DNA of 63,674 nucleotides, counting the filler, from Olpidium bornovanus S191 (taxonomy: Eukaryota; Fungi; Olpidiomycota): the NCBI GenBank assembly GCA_017911155.1. It is 28 parts of 28 records of this genome, joined end to end, with 100 filler letters (N's around TTAATTAATTAA, not from the genome) between each part and the next. Parts side by side here need not be neighbours in the genome. Positions count along the whole stretch, not along the records: positions 34,841 to 37,808 come from JAEFCI010000292.1; positions 37,909 to 39,989 come from JAEFCI010006224.1; positions 40,090 to 41,096 come from JAEFCI010013387.1; positions 41,197 to 43,506 come from JAEFCI010008760.1; positions 43,607 to 45,046 come from JAEFCI010004990.1; positions 45,147 to 48,204 come from JAEFCI010004015.1; positions 48,305 to 49,534 come from JAEFCI010008724.1; 21 more parts are not named here. One strand, given 5' to 3'. This document shows, in pieces, positions 36,330-49,534 of the stretch. The notes under the pieces are model-generated. The model did not search any database and was not told the DNA's origin. It was given only the letters and a program-made list of their open reading frames with translations. The translations under genes and the position numbers were made by a program. Each line of letters opens with the position of its first letter. Position 1 is the stretch's first letter.

Positions 36330-37908
36330 AGACTTCCTTGGTGTTTTTTACCGGGACTGGGCAAACAACTGGACTACACCATTTTTATTTTTTTTTGCAT
36401 CAAGTGTTTGATATGTTCGGGGAGTAATCCTTAAGATCCCCTAATGTTTCGTTTCCAGGTGTATTAAACTGGAGGGGAAGCAGTACGGAGGCTCGATACT
36501 ACAGATAACCGTCCGCAACAGAAAAAGCGCCAGTTGAAATGCTCCGCTTTGCCCGCTGAGCCCTCCCGACCTCACAAAAAAAGAAGGAGGAATAAAAGGC
36601 TTCCCGCGGAAATCCTCCAACCCCTCCCCTTCCTCGCCTGCTGATTGGCATCATTGATCCCCGCTGTGAAAAATTGGCCCTGCCGGATCTTCTCATCCAC
36701 GAGCGGGCCGAGAGTAAACGAAAACCGTGAGCGCGAAATTTGGCGGCGGGAACCGCATTTTTACGCCTTGGCCCTGCGTGGCGCCGGGAACCCGAATTGA
36801 CCGCACGCTTCTCTTGCGGTGCTCCGATCCCAGGGATGCGCCGGACGACCGGATGGACAAACGACGTGCTCGATCCGGGAAGTGTTAGAGCAGAAAGGAG
36901 AGCAGCTCAAGGCGGCCTTGCTCGCAAAAACAGCCCAAGTTTTCCCCTCCGCGAGCGCGCAGCAGCCACGTCGTTGCCCGCGGGGGATATTTCTCCTGGC
37001 CTGGAATACAGGGAGCACCTGGGAGGGGGGGCAAGGAATCAAAAAATGGTGCGGGGCAGGGGGAAACCTGGTGCTCCGCTGGGAAGTGGTGCGCCGCTCT
37101 CATCACGATCTCCTCGAGCTGGCGGTGCTCCTCCATCGACATTGCGCTCAGTTTTCCCACCACCAGGTCCCTCTCAAGTCAGCCGCGCGGCGGAAATCTG
37201 GCGGATGCGGGCCACCCGAGTTCGTCCCGCAAAAGCATCGGCGTCAGCGGTCGCCCGTTCCAACTCCGCAGTAAACCTCTCTCCGTCTTCGTCTGCCTCC
37301 CTTCGTCCTCGGGGCTTGTTTGCGCCGCAGGGGGAAGGCAAAAAAAAGAGAGAATAGGAAACCCGCGAATCCTTCCCCCCCAAAAAAAAAAAAAAAAGGT
37401 GAGCAAGAGAGAGAATCCTGCGAACCCGGCAAAAAAAATCGAAAAAAAAGGATAATCGAGGGGAGGGGGGAGGGTGCGCCGAGGAGCGCCAACCACAATT
37501 CCCGTCCAGCCACTCCTTTCCCTTCGTTTGTGGTTCTTCCCTGCTCCCGACTACGGGTCGTGCAAGTTTTATCTTGCAAGATTTCCACAAGGCAGCACGT
37601 CGAATGGATCCGCGTGGCCACGATGCACGTCGATGTATCCCCCACAATGCTGCCCTCCCTCTCCGTTTTTGTCGCGCGAGGAGTGTTATAGAACTGCTCG
37701 CCCGACGACGAATATACAAAACAAAGCCAAAAGGGAAGGAAAGAGACCTCTTTTATGCAACAGAAAGGAAGTGACTGGAGCAGAAGAAGCAAAGACGGCA
37801 ATCATTAANNNNNNNNNNNNNNNNNNNNNNNNNNNNNNNNNNNNNNNNNNNNTTAATTAATTAANNNNNNNNNNNNNNNNNNNNNNNNNNNNNNNNNNNN
37901 NNNNNNNN

Positions 37909-39395
37909 CATGACGAACACGGACTCGCCCGGTACGCCGGTCCCGGGCCGGGGCGTCACATTCTCTCCGTTATTGAAATGACATTCCGGGCTTCTTCATC
38001 GGCACCGCCGTTCTCGCTGATTTTTCGCTTCCGCTTGCGCTGCCCAGACGCGTCGCCGGGCGCGCTAAGGCACACCCTGCAAGGCCACCAGGGCCCCATC
38101 TTCGCGCTGAGGTGGAACAAAACGGGCGACCTCCTCCTCAGCGCTGGAGTCGACGGAAACGTTTTTGTCTGGGACGCCAAAACCGGGACGGCCGTCCAAC
38201 AGTTTCTCGTGCACAAGGGTAGAGTTTCCTTTTTGTTTTTTTTTGGCCGCAGGGTGTCGCAAGTTGTTCAACCTCGTGCCCTTTGGGTGGGCGCCTGCTC
38301 CCTGCTGAGTTGCCGTTTCTGGGCGCTCAATTTTATTTTTTTTTTGGTGTGCAGGCCCCGTTATGGACGCCGACTGGCGCGACGATTCCATGTTCGCGAC
38401 CGCCTCGAGCGACAACGACGTCGCTGTTTGCCAGCTTGGATGCAAGGGCGCGGTGAGATATTTTAAAGGTCACAAGGTCGTATTGCCAATAGTCTTCGGG
38501 GAATTCGGTGAGGAGTAGCAGCGGTTCTCGCTGACTTGTTTGTTCGCCGCTCGATCGCTGCTGTTGCCTACAGGGTGAAGTCAATACGGTCCGCTGGGAC
38601 GCCAGCGGCAGGGACCTCGCGTCCTGTTCGGACGACGGCACGGCCAAGGTGAAATCAATGATTTTTTCCGCGAATACGGAACCTAGGGCCGCCGCCGCCG
38701 CCGCCGCCGCCGCCGCTCGCGCGCAGCCCGTATGTCTCCTCACTTTTATTTGAACCGCAACTCGCTCACGCAAAAAAAAAGGTGTGGACAATGGACTCGG
38801 ACGAGCCCATGGTCACGCTGTCGCACTGCAGGGAGGTGTACTCCCTGCGCTGGAAGCCGGGCGAGACCGGCTCCGGTGCCATCCTGGCGACAGCGTCGTT
38901 CGACCACGTCGTCCGGCTGTGGGAAGTCCATTCGGGCGAGCTTGTGCGCCCGCTGGCGGGCCATGCTGACACCGTGTACGCCCTCGAGTTCGACCGGGAA
39001 GGCCGCCGGCTCGCCACGGGCGGCCTGGACGGCGGGCTGGCCGTCTGGGACGCGGAGACCGGAGCGATGCTGGCCCGCCGGTATGCCGGCGCCGGCGGGA
39101 GCGTGTTCAACATCGGCTGGAACAGGGGGGGGGACAGGGTCGCCGCCGCGGCGTCGGATCATACGGTTAGTTTCATTTTCCCCCCCCCTCCTTCCCCTTC
39201 TGGCGTTTCCGTTCTCTCTTTTTTCAATTTTTTTTTTCTCCTTGTTTTTTTGCCGTTGGTTTTTCAGCCGCGCGGCCGAGCGCTCCGCATTCGCCGACAA
39301 ATTTTTTTCTTTTTTTTTGTTTTCTTTCCGTGCGTTTTCCGACCTTTTCGTCAACGCTCGCACCGCAGGTTATCGTTCTGGATGTTCCCTCCTGA
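37909..39395 (+). CDS. TBL1/SIF2-like WD40 protein, C-terminal part
   Basis: LQGHQGPIFALRWNKTGDLLLSAGVDG...GEVNTVRWDASGRDLASCSDDGTAKVW...ILATASFDHVVRLWEV...VIVLDVPS*, across 5 exons. Confidence 0.85.
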
Positions 39396-39957
39396 TCAGC
39401 CCACCCAAGAAAAGCTCTAAACCAGCTCTGTCATCACGGCAGCAGTTTTTTTTTTTTTTTTTTTTTGCACCTTCATCAACTGTCCTTTTCCAAAGCTGTC
39501 ATTGACCCGGCGGCTCTCTCACGCCTTTTTAATCTTCTCTATCTTTTTTTTTCTTTTTCTTTTTTTTTTTTTTTTTCTTTTGGCCGGGATGAGACGAGGG
39601 CCGGCCGGGGAGGATTTTTTTTTTGATTTTTCTCCCTTGTCCCGACTGGGTCCGTGGGTGGGAAATGCGTCCGGCGATTCCCTCCCCCTCTCCCTTCCCC
39701 CTTTCCCGCCCCCCCCCCCCCTCCCCTTTTCATCTGTTCTTTGCCGCCATTACGTCCTTGTCCTCATGTTTGTTTCTTTTCCTTCTTCTTGTCCTTCTTC
39801 TTCTTCGCCTTCCCCGCCTTGATTTCGGCTCTCTAGTCCGCTTTGGTCGTTAATAAATCGTTTATTTGTCTTCGCTCTCTCCCCGTTTTCCGATCCTCTT
39901 TTTTTTCGCGGTCGAAATTCCAAATGCCGCTGCCCCTCCTTCCCAAACTTTACCCCC

Positions 39958-39989
<32 letters not shown>

Positions 39990-41196
39990 NNNNNNNNNNN
40001 NNNNNNNNNNNNNNNNNNNNNNNNNNNNNNNNNTTAATTAATTAANNNNNNNNNNNNNNNNNNNNNNNNNNNNNNNNNNNNNNNNNNNNCATGCCATTTT
40101 GGTGCCCGCTTTCCCGTGTTCCGCGAAGACCCCCGAAATTCCCAGGAATGCCAAATTATGACCAGTGAATCAATTGATAAAACGGTGTCCGTTCTTTCTG
40201 GCCGGACTGCAGAATAGCGCGCCGCCGCACAGGGCCTCCGCCGCCTTCGGGCGGCGTGCGCGGCTAAATGGCGGCTGGCAGGCTGCGGCTTTGGCAGCAG
40301 TTTGCGGTTGCGGCAGCAGCGACAGGAGCGTCGTTAAGAAGGTCGAGCAGCCGCAGCAGTGAGGCGCCGGACCACCCGCGCTTCCTTGCCCCCCCGTAGT
40401 ACGCGCGCTGCGCGACGCGCCTTGCGGGCGGGACAGGGCTAGGCGGGTGCATTCTGCCAAACAGCGACCTCCACGATCGCGGCCCGAGGAGACTTCGTGG
40501 CGAGAAAGGACGGGGCCGCAGCGGCGGGAAGACTGCCCCAAGTCGAGAGGGAGGCAACACAACCGCGGGGCGGGTTGGAATTACTACTCGGCTCACGCGG
40601 CCCAGCGGGCCTCCTGCGTTTTCAAACGGCCGTCGCGGCATCGCGCGGTGTGCGACCACGCGGCGGGTTGTCGTCGACCGGCCGAAACGGTTTGCCATTG
40701 GCAGTCTCCCGCGCCCTGGTCGCCCTAGTATCCTCTTTGGGCCGCGAGGGAGCAAAACATGCGGGGAGGCGGAGGTAACCATGGCTACGCGGCGGGGTTT
40801 CGGCGCTTTTCTCACGCGGAAAACGCCTCGGCGGGGACTGTCCGCCCAGATATCGCCATACCCCCACACCCCTCTCTCCACGCTCCACACTCCTCCGCTC
40901 GCGCAAATCAGCCGATAGCAAGCCTTTGCCACTCGGTCCCCGGAGGACGGCCGTCTCTTGCGTGTTGGACGCCTTCCCGCCCTACCACCACGTTCGCATC
41001 AATCGAGCCGGAGGAGAAGTTACACGGAAGAAGCGGGCAGACAGTCCTCCTCTGTCCTGACCCGCGGGGAAAGTCGTGGTTCACGGCGCAGCCATGNNNN
41101 NNNNNNNNNNNNNNNNNNNNNNNNNNNNNNNNNNNNNNNNTTAATTAATTAANNNNNNNNNNNNNNNNNNNNNNNNNNNNNNNNNNNNNNNNNNNN

Positions 41197-42393
41197 GCAT
41201 GGGCTCCGAGGTGATCGATCCGTTCGTGTCGCCGAGGAACGCCACGGCCCGCCCCGGCCGCGGCGGGCCGACCATCTCCTTAGGGTCCAGCACGGTCCCG
41301 TCAGGCAGGCGCACCTCTTGGCCGAGTTTTATCTTCCCGTAGAGTCCGTGAGGCTTAAACGAGGGGTCCTGCGCCCGCAGGGCCTTCTCGTTGCGGTCCA
41401 CGTGCGGCTTCACCAGATCGATCCGCAGCCGCCCGGCGGCTTCCCGCTCTCGGAAAACGTACCCCATTGACGGGATCGTGTGCGGCAAAGGGGCGGCAAT
41501 CACCTCTCCGAGGTTTCTCTCCGCGTCACCGAGGTCCAAATGCCAGCAACCGTCCTCCCCCTGACGGATGTCGGTTCCTTTGATCTCGCAAGGGTGCAGC
41601 TCGCCGTCGTCGACCATATCTTCCTCGTCCGGCCGAAGCAGCTCGTGCACCCGGTAAGGTCCCTCGATGTGCGAAGACGTTCGCCGGAGGATGTCTCTGA
41701 TGTGAACCCGAAGCGGCCGTGGTCCGTAGACGTCCAACGGAGGTTGTGACAAGTCGGCCGGCTTTTCGGAGTCCATGTCCACCGTGCCGCCGTCCGCTTC
41801 GCCACCACCTTTCGATGTCGACAACGTCCTGTTCTTCAGTGCTATGCATGACGACAGCGTTCCGGGCAGTCCAAAAACGTGGTCCTGGCACGGGAGCAGC
41901 GCGGGCGAGGCGGAAGTCGGTACGGCGTTGGCTTGCGAGAGGGGGAAACCGGGAGGAAACCACGTCGGCAGCTTAACGCTTTTTTTCTCGTTCTTTTTTT
42001 TTTTTTTTTTTTTGGCTTGGTCAAGCAAAAGGTTTCCCTGAAAGAAAAAAACAACCATACCCCGTGCATGTGCGTGATGAAGATCTTCGTGACCTTGGAC
42101 ATCTTCAGGTTCTCCGCCTTCGCCAACTGCACCTGGCAGGCCTCCCCGCAGTCGAACAGCCACACGGCAGCGTCGATCTTCAGCGCCACGCACGAGTGGT
42201 TTCTCGTCTTCGTGGGCCTCGCCGAGGAGGTCCCCAGGAAGGTGAGCTCGACGATGTTGGCGCTCATGTTTTCGTCGTGCCCCGGCCTGGGCCTGCGGAA
42301 GACGCCTGACGAGCAGAAGTTGCGGGAAGGCACTGCGAGGCGGCGCAGCAGCCGGGGGGCCAGGCAGCGGGCAACGTGGCAGCTCGCACGCAT
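41197..42393 (-). CDS. Short-form tRNase Z (ELAC1/RNase BN-like), 3'-partial
   Basis: Exon 42393-42061 with FLGTSSARPTKTRNHS, WLFDCGE, KIFITHMHG | exon from 41884 DHVFGLPG (HxHxDH), HTIPSMGY, flexible arm, PGRAVAFLGDT. Confidence 0.92.
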
Positions 42394-42700
42394 GTCCGAG
42401 GGTCGCCGGCCGAGGCAGAGAGGACGCGCGGACGGGCTGCGGGGTCTTTCCGGGATTTACCTTTCCGGCAGCGACACGCGCGACCGCGGCGGGGCTCGAC
42501 GGGCGGAGGGATGCGAGGGAGCGTTCCCGGCGGAATCAGCCGGAGCGGGCCCCGTTCGCGGGGCCCCGGGACAAACCGGCCGGAAAACAAAATAAACGAA
42601 AAAAAAAAAAGAATAAAAAAAACTAAAACAGAAACAGAAAAATTGCCAACGCGTCGCTCCTCTTCAAAAACGTATCACCGGGGCCGTTCCGACGCGAGGC

Positions 42701-42759
42701 CGGCAGGGCAGGAGAAGGAAGATACGGGCCCGGCAGGGCAGGAGAAGGAAGATACGGGC
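42701..42759 (+). repeat. 30-bp tandem duplication
   Basis: cggcagggcaggagaaggaagatacgggc occurs twice in tandem. Confidence 0.9.
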
Positions 42760-43858
42760 AATGCTGTGATGGGGTAGAGAATTGGCCCCCCCCCCAGCAG
42801 ACCTCCGCTTTCCAGCACCCTCGCGAACGGATCGACGTCACCGAAAAGCGGAGCGCGTCGCCGCGAGCGGGGATCGGTAACCGTTCGCCGCGTGGCCGTT
42901 TTCCGAAAGCGCATCGTAGAAAAGGACTGCTCCGAAAAATTCCTGGTACGCCGCTTGCTGAAACTACATCGGAACGGGGTGCTGCGGATTGGGCTCGGGG
43001 GCCGTTGGGGGCTCGAAGCCGCGGTTAAAAAGTCAGAACGCCGTAGAAAGTTTACGCGCGTTGCTGCCGTGTAAGAAAAGTACACAGGAGTTTGGAAATC
43101 AAAGCGGGTGCACGCCGGTCGGGCTAAGAGCCTTGTGTTGAAGTTGAAGGCAGAGGTAAAAGTGAAGGTGTGAAGTGACGGTTGAGGCAGAGTCACGTTA
43201 AAAAGCAAGCACTATCTGCGGGGCGTTATAGATCGGAGCCGCAGAGAGGGGCGCGCAGTTGCGGAAGGCAGCCTGGCCACGGCGGCGCGCGGGGCCCCGC
43301 GTGTCATCCTTGCTTCCCGTGTTGTGCAGTCCTGTGCGGAAGAAGAGGGGGCGGGTTGACGGGGAACCCGGCTGGCGGAAGGTCCCATGTCCAAGGGGTT
43401 CTGCACGGTGGAGGCGATGCGAAATACGCGACCCGGCAAGCCCGGACGATAACGCAAATGGGCCACCGAGGGCCGGTAAAACGCTGCCGCAGCAATGCCG
43501 CCGCGANNNNNNNNNNNNNNNNNNNNNNNNNNNNNNNNNNNNNNNNNNNNTTAATTAATTAANNNNNNNNNNNNNNNNNNNNNNNNNNNNNNNNNNNNNN
43601 NNNNNNAAAAAAACCAACAGACGACCTGAAACAGTACTCCTGGAGGAACTGGCGGACCGCTACGGCGACCTCATCCCCCAAAAGAGCGACACGCTGCAGG
43701 TTCATCGCCAACTCGGAGATCGTCATGTCCCTGAGGGAGTGGCTGGAAGTGTACGACAGCGCCGTCTCGTCCGGGGCGTTGGCGCGAAGCGCAGCAGAAA
43801 AAAAAAAAGAAAAAAAAGACGCATAAAAAAAAAATCAAAAAAAACAAAAAGCCCGCTT

Positions 43859-45046
43859 TCAGATGCTTGACAAATCCCTGCGAATATGTCGGGCGCAGGT
43901 TCGCAACGAATAGATAACATGGGAAGCGGGGGTTTTTGTTTCATCTTTTCATCTGTTTTCCTGTCTTGTACCCACCCCGCGAAACCCCCCTCCCCTCCCC
44001 CCCTTACCCGGGACGTACCTTCCAAAAAAGAACCGTTTCAACCAGTCTACGGCCAGAAGCAAGCGGGTCCGCGCGCTCAGCTGCTCGCTGAGGTAAAACG
44101 ATCTCCACAGGAAAAAAGCTCCCCACCCGCTCAGAGAGAACCTGCCGGGATACGAAACTGCATGCAGTAAGGCGGTTACGGGCCAGGTCGTTTCCAAGTT
44201 CCGCCTCCCCGAGGAAGGGTGGATGGGAACGAAGGGGGGGGGGGAAGAAGGGAAGAGATGCAAAAAAAGAATGCGCTTGCGGCAAAAGAAGCCGTTGCCC
44301 TACCCGTCTTTCCTAAATCCACGACCGCTGAGTTTGATCCGACGTACGCCAGGGAGCCCATGTGCTTGTAGACGAAAGGGTCCAGCCCTGATTCATCGTC
44401 CCCGTTCTTCGCCATTTTGTTCAGCCGTTTGGCAACGTATATCCCTTGCTGGGTCGCAACTTGCGCCGTCTGCGGGGCGGAGTGCAGACCGCGGGAATCG
44501 ATTTAGCGGAAAAAAAAAACAGGAAAAAAAAAACGAGAAAGTCACCGTCCACGGTGTATCCGGCTTACCGCAGGAAGACTGGTCAGCTTCTGGTCGACGC
44601 TGTCCAGGAGTTTCTTCAACTCGTCCACGTCGAGGCGACCGCTCTTGTCGACGTCGTATTCGCGAAACACTTGTTCCAATTTCACAAGGTGCTGCTTGGC
44701 GGCGGGGACCTGCTCGACCGCCTTCTTGGCGAAACACCGGAACTGCGCGAGGTCCAGGCCCTTCTCGGCGGCCGCCCCCTCTTCTTCAACTACTGCCGCG
44801 TAGAGTGTCGTCAGCTTCTCCAGAAGCTTAGGGTTTTCGACCGTGGAGCAGTCTCCGATCGCGTAGATGTCGCTGAACACGGGCGCCGGCGCCGACGAGG
44901 ACGCGGCGGTCGCGCCTTTGAGGCGCATGTGCTCGTCCGTTTCCAGCGCGCGGGTATTGACCTGCTCTTTGAGCATCGTGTTTAGCCGTTGGGCAAACGG
45001 CCTCATAGCCACGCCCGTGGACCACAGACAGATCCCAAACGGCAGC
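43859..45046 (-). CDS. Type II NADH dehydrogenase with EF-hand insert, C-terminal part
   Basis: LWSTGVAMRP, IYAIGDCSTVE, EF-hand DVDKSGRLDVDE, LTSLPATAQVATQQGIY, FVYKHMGSLAYVG, LWRSFYLSEQLSARTRLLLAVDWLKRFFFGRDLSSI*. Confidence 0.92.
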
Positions 45047-45281
45047 NNNNNNNNNNNNNNNNNNNNNNNNNNNNNNNNNNNNNNNNNNNNTTAATTAATT
45101 AANNNNNNNNNNNNNNNNNNNNNNNNNNNNNNNNNNNNNNNNNNNNCCCCCCCCTTCCGGCCTGTTCGCTGCGTGCCACGGGCGGTGGCCAGCGCGCCGA
45201 CTGCGTCTGCTGCACCCCACACCCACACCCTTCCCCTCTCCCAAACCACCCCTGCCCGGCGCTGACCGTTCCCCAGCCCTC

Positions 45282-45378
<97 letters not shown>

Positions 45379-45885
45379 TTTCTCTCTCGGGCCCGTGCTC
45401 TGAACCGTCGCCCCTCCTCTCCTCGCCCCGGTCCGTCCCGCGCTCCTCAGCCTGCGGCGGGCGCACAGCCCCTCCCCAAAGCCGGCCAGCCGCAGCTTCC
45501 AAATCGCGCTTCTTCTCGAGCCGGCGTGAGAGTGTCGACTCGTGCGCGCCCCTCCGCCCAAAGCTTCCTCTCCGGGTGCTGCCCGGGCGCCCGTTGCGCG
45601 CAGCAAGATCCGCCTGGAAAAAAAAAAAAAAAAAAAAAAAAAAAGGAGAAAAACGGGGGGTTCGCCCGACGTTGGGGCGCGGGTGCGGGAGAGAGTGGGG
45701 GGGAGGGGGGAAGAAAATGGACGGGGGGGGGTAGGAAGGGGTCGGGAAGTGTGAATTGCCGAAAGCTTCCTTTTGCGCTTGTCGTTCGCCAGCAGTTCCG
45801 CCCTTCCCCGCCCGCTTACATCTTTGTCCGCCGTGGTGGGTCCGCTGGCAAACGCAGTTTGCATGAGGAAGTTGCAGAGGCAAAA

Positions 45886-46796
45886 ATGAATTCCGAGATC
45901 CGCAGGAAACTCGTCATTGTCGGCGACGGTGCGTGCGGAAAGACCTGCCTGCTGATCGTCTTTTCTCGAGGGACGTTTCCGGAGGTGAGGAGATATTTCG
46001 CACCGGCCGCGGTCTCGGGGGTACACTTTCTTTTTTTTTCTTTTTCTTTTTTTTTTTTTTTCCGCGCGCCTAGTCGGCCAACACCGCTTCGGTGAACTTG
46101 CCGCGCCGGATCACCGCCGTCCGCGATGCGGCAGTAGAGGAAGAAAGGCCTCGCACGGTTGCGAACCCGCAGGGAGAGGGCTGAACCGTGTTCGTCCCTC
46201 CCACCTCCCCCATTCTTCTGTGGTTTTCGCAGGTCTACGTGCCCACCGTGTTTGAAAACTACGTTGCGGACGTCGAGGTGGACCGGAAGCATGTGGAGTT
46301 GGCGCTCTGGGATACTGCTGGTATGGTTCGACCGCGACCGCGACCGCGAAACAACCCCGCTTTTGGACTGATCCGAGTCGGAAAACCTGCAGGCCAGGAG
46401 GACTACGACCGCCTTCGCCCTCTGTCGTACCCCGATTCGCACGTCATCCTGATCTGCTTCGCGATCGATTCGCCGGATTCGCTCGAAAACGTCCAGGAGA
46501 AGTGGATTTCGGAGGTGACGCACTTCTGCGCAGGGCTGCCCATCATCCTCGTCGGCTGCAAACAGGACCTGCGGAATGATCCCCGGACCTTGGAAGAGCT
46601 GAAGAAGGTCGGCCAGCATCCCGTCTCGGTGGACGAAGCGACAGCGGTCGCCAACGCCATCGGCGCCTACCGGTACCTCGAGTGCTCGGCGAAAACGGGC
46701 GACGGCGTGCGTGAAGTCTTCGAGCACGCCACTCGGGCAGCCCTCCTCACTCGCCAGCGCCACGGGAAGAAGTCCAAGTCTTGCACCCTACTATGA
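45886..46796 (+). CDS. RHO1: Rho1 GTPase, complete
   Basis: Exons 45886-45984, 46233-46320, 46393-46796: [41 protein letters not shown]-terminal CAAX CTLL. Confidence 0.98.
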
Positions 46797-48155
46797 GCTT
46801 TGTCAACCTCCCCCTCCCTCCCCCTTCCCCGCCTCCCCCCCTTTCCCCCCGCCCTCTTCCCTTGTCCCCAACGCCTCCGCCGGTATGCTCGCGATACATA
46901 CTAACGCACGTATATATATATAGTGCATCTTTTTTTAACGAAGGGACAAAAGACGACGCGGGCGTGTGACTACCCGGCTTCCCGCGGGGCAGATGTTGCC
47001 CGCCGTGTGGCCCGCTCGCCTCTCCGCATCGAGAGCGTGGCCGGCACGAATCTGTGAGGCCCTTTGCGGGTACAAGTTGTCATTGGGAGGTGGATGCGAG
47101 GAGGAGGGGATAGGGTTGGTGGGCGGCTTGGCAGGTCACGTCTCTCCCACAGCCGACGCGAATCTGACGGCAAGGTTGTTTTTTGGGAGGGAGTGGTGGG
47201 GGTGGCCACGGGAGAGTGACCGCCAGTAGCATCTTAGAAGACTTCCGCACCCGTTCAACCCTGCCCTGCGTTGCGCAAAGCGACCCCCAAACCGGTCGGA
47301 GCGGGGGGAGAGGGAGGGGGAAGGCGGGGGAGGACGGCGACTGAAGGGGGGGGTGGGGGGGAGAAGGCAGCGGCGCGGTGCAATCGACACGCGCGGAACG
47401 CGAATCGGAGGGGGTCTCCGCAAACGATTTGAGCCGGCGATCCCCCAGACGTTCCTCCCCCCTCCCCCTCCCCCTCCTATCGTCTGCCTAAAAGGAATTT
47501 CGAACGCCCCACCCCCCAACGAAAAAAAAAGAGGTGAGGCGGCGTGCGGCGGCGTGCGGCGGCGTGGCTGACGCACAAGAACAAAACAGGACAAAAAAAA
47601 AATCCCGCTGCTTTCCGGGTCCCGAGGAAACGCCGGCGTTTTCGTGGGGCCGGGGTAGGGCGGCGGGGGGGGGGAGTTGCGCTGACGGAAAGGGGTAAAA
47701 GGGAGAGACGAGCGGATTAGCACTACGCCCACACCCAATCCTTTCCATAAAGTCGGGTAGAATAGAGGAATAGAACAGCTCCCCGAGAGCTCGCTTTTTC
47801 AAACCCCCCGAATCCAACGTGCGCGACCCCCGCCCCCCATTTCCCCCTCCACCTCCTTGCACCCCGCACCCCTCCACCCCTCCGCCCCTCCGCCCCTCCA
47901 CCCCTCCACCCCTCCACCCCGCACGCCCCGCACCCCGCACTTAAACCGCACTTCAGCGGGGGAAAAAATTCTCGGCCAAACGCTATTTTACTGCCGGCGA
48001 CGGGTGCGCGCGCGGGCCCGGGTCGTATCGCCGGAAGTTTATTACCGGCGCAGACGGCAAACGGGAACTGGACGGTTTTGAAACGGGAGGGAGGAGCGGG
48101 GGCGGGGGCGTTTGGATTTTAAGGGGGGCGGGGAGGGAGGGGGGGGGGGGGGGAA

Positions 48156-48194
<39 letters not shown>

Positions 48195-48304
48195 CGGGCG
48201 CGGCNNNNNNNNNNNNNNNNNNNNNNNNNNNNNNNNNNNNNNNNNNNNTTAATTAATTAANNNNNNNNNNNNNNNNNNNNNNNNNNNNNNNNNNNNNNNN
48301 NNNN

Positions 48305-49534
48305 ATCGCGGTGTCAGAGATCTCCCATAGTATTTGTCCTGGAAGATGAACCGGTCCGTAATGGTTTTGTAAACCTGTCCCATCCCACAAAAAAAAAAAC
48401 CAAGCGGTTTTAGTTTTCAATCATGGTTTTTCAGCGACGCTTCGTTCGAACAGCAGTGAAAAAAATCTCGAGTGCCGGCGGGCATGCGTTCACCAACCTG
48501 CATGCCGCACACGCGAACACCGAGCGTTCGGCTGGTCGTGCTCATGCACTTCCTCATCTGGCTGTCGCGCTTTTCCCGCGAGGCGTCCACGCCGTGCTGC
48601 CGGGTTCCCATTTTGAGGTCGAGAATGCACGGCGCCCGCATGCCTTCCGTCAGATCCTCCAAAAGCAGGAACTGGTGCAACGTTTCCTCACTCTGCCCTC
48701 CCGGGGTTGCTCGTAAACGGCGGAGCGACGAGTCGTAGCAGTGTTGAGACCACGGGTTGCCGGTACCGGGAGTGGACGCGGTAGGGGCGTCTCCGATCCT
48801 CGCGGCCGGTGGCGTGACACCATATGGTGCCGGCGAGATGGTGCCCAGCGGCGGCCCCGAAGACGGCCACCGCGCGCTAACCGCGGAGAGACTTAACGGC
48901 ACAAGTGTGCGATCGTCATTATTGCTGCTGCCGGCGCCCTTACTGGTCTTGATCGGACTGCCTAGGCCAGCGCAGCCTGCCCAGAACGAGTCTTCGACGG
49001 CGGGACACGTCTGAATATTGAGACCGGTAGGATAAACTTTGGAAGCGGCCGATGGACTGCACTCCTCCAGGGTCCGACTTCGTGGCCCGTCTACCGCCTC
49101 AGCCACCGGTCCGTTGTCACCGCCGTCGACAAAACTTGCAGCGACTCCACTCGGCCGGTTTGGTTGCTCCCGGTGGTCAACGCCGGCAATAAGTGCGGCT
49201 TTTCGCACTGAGACATCGCCGACGTTATCCTTGTGTAGGTCATAGTCGGCCAAATCACCAACCGAGGGCACCAGGTGCGACGGCGTGAAATTCCGTGCCA
49301 TGCGAAGCAAGGATGTTGCCCGCAGAGGGGTCGGGCAGGACAGGTCCGCAACGCCCGACAAGTCTCGCAGTTTCGACGGCTCCGCGTCAGCGACAACAGC
49401 GGTGGGTGAGGCACAGGCCATCAAAGCGGTACCATCACCGGCAACGGGAGAGTTGGACGCCGGTTCCGACGAACCTGACATCGGAGACAAGACCGTATTT
49501 GTCACCTGTACAGTCAGCGGCGTAAGGACATGCC
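48305..49534 (-). CDS. KCS1: Inositol hexakisphosphate kinase (IPK family), internal part
   Basis: [30 protein letters not shown]...[15 protein letters not shown] | [20 protein letters not shown]. Confidence 0.9.
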
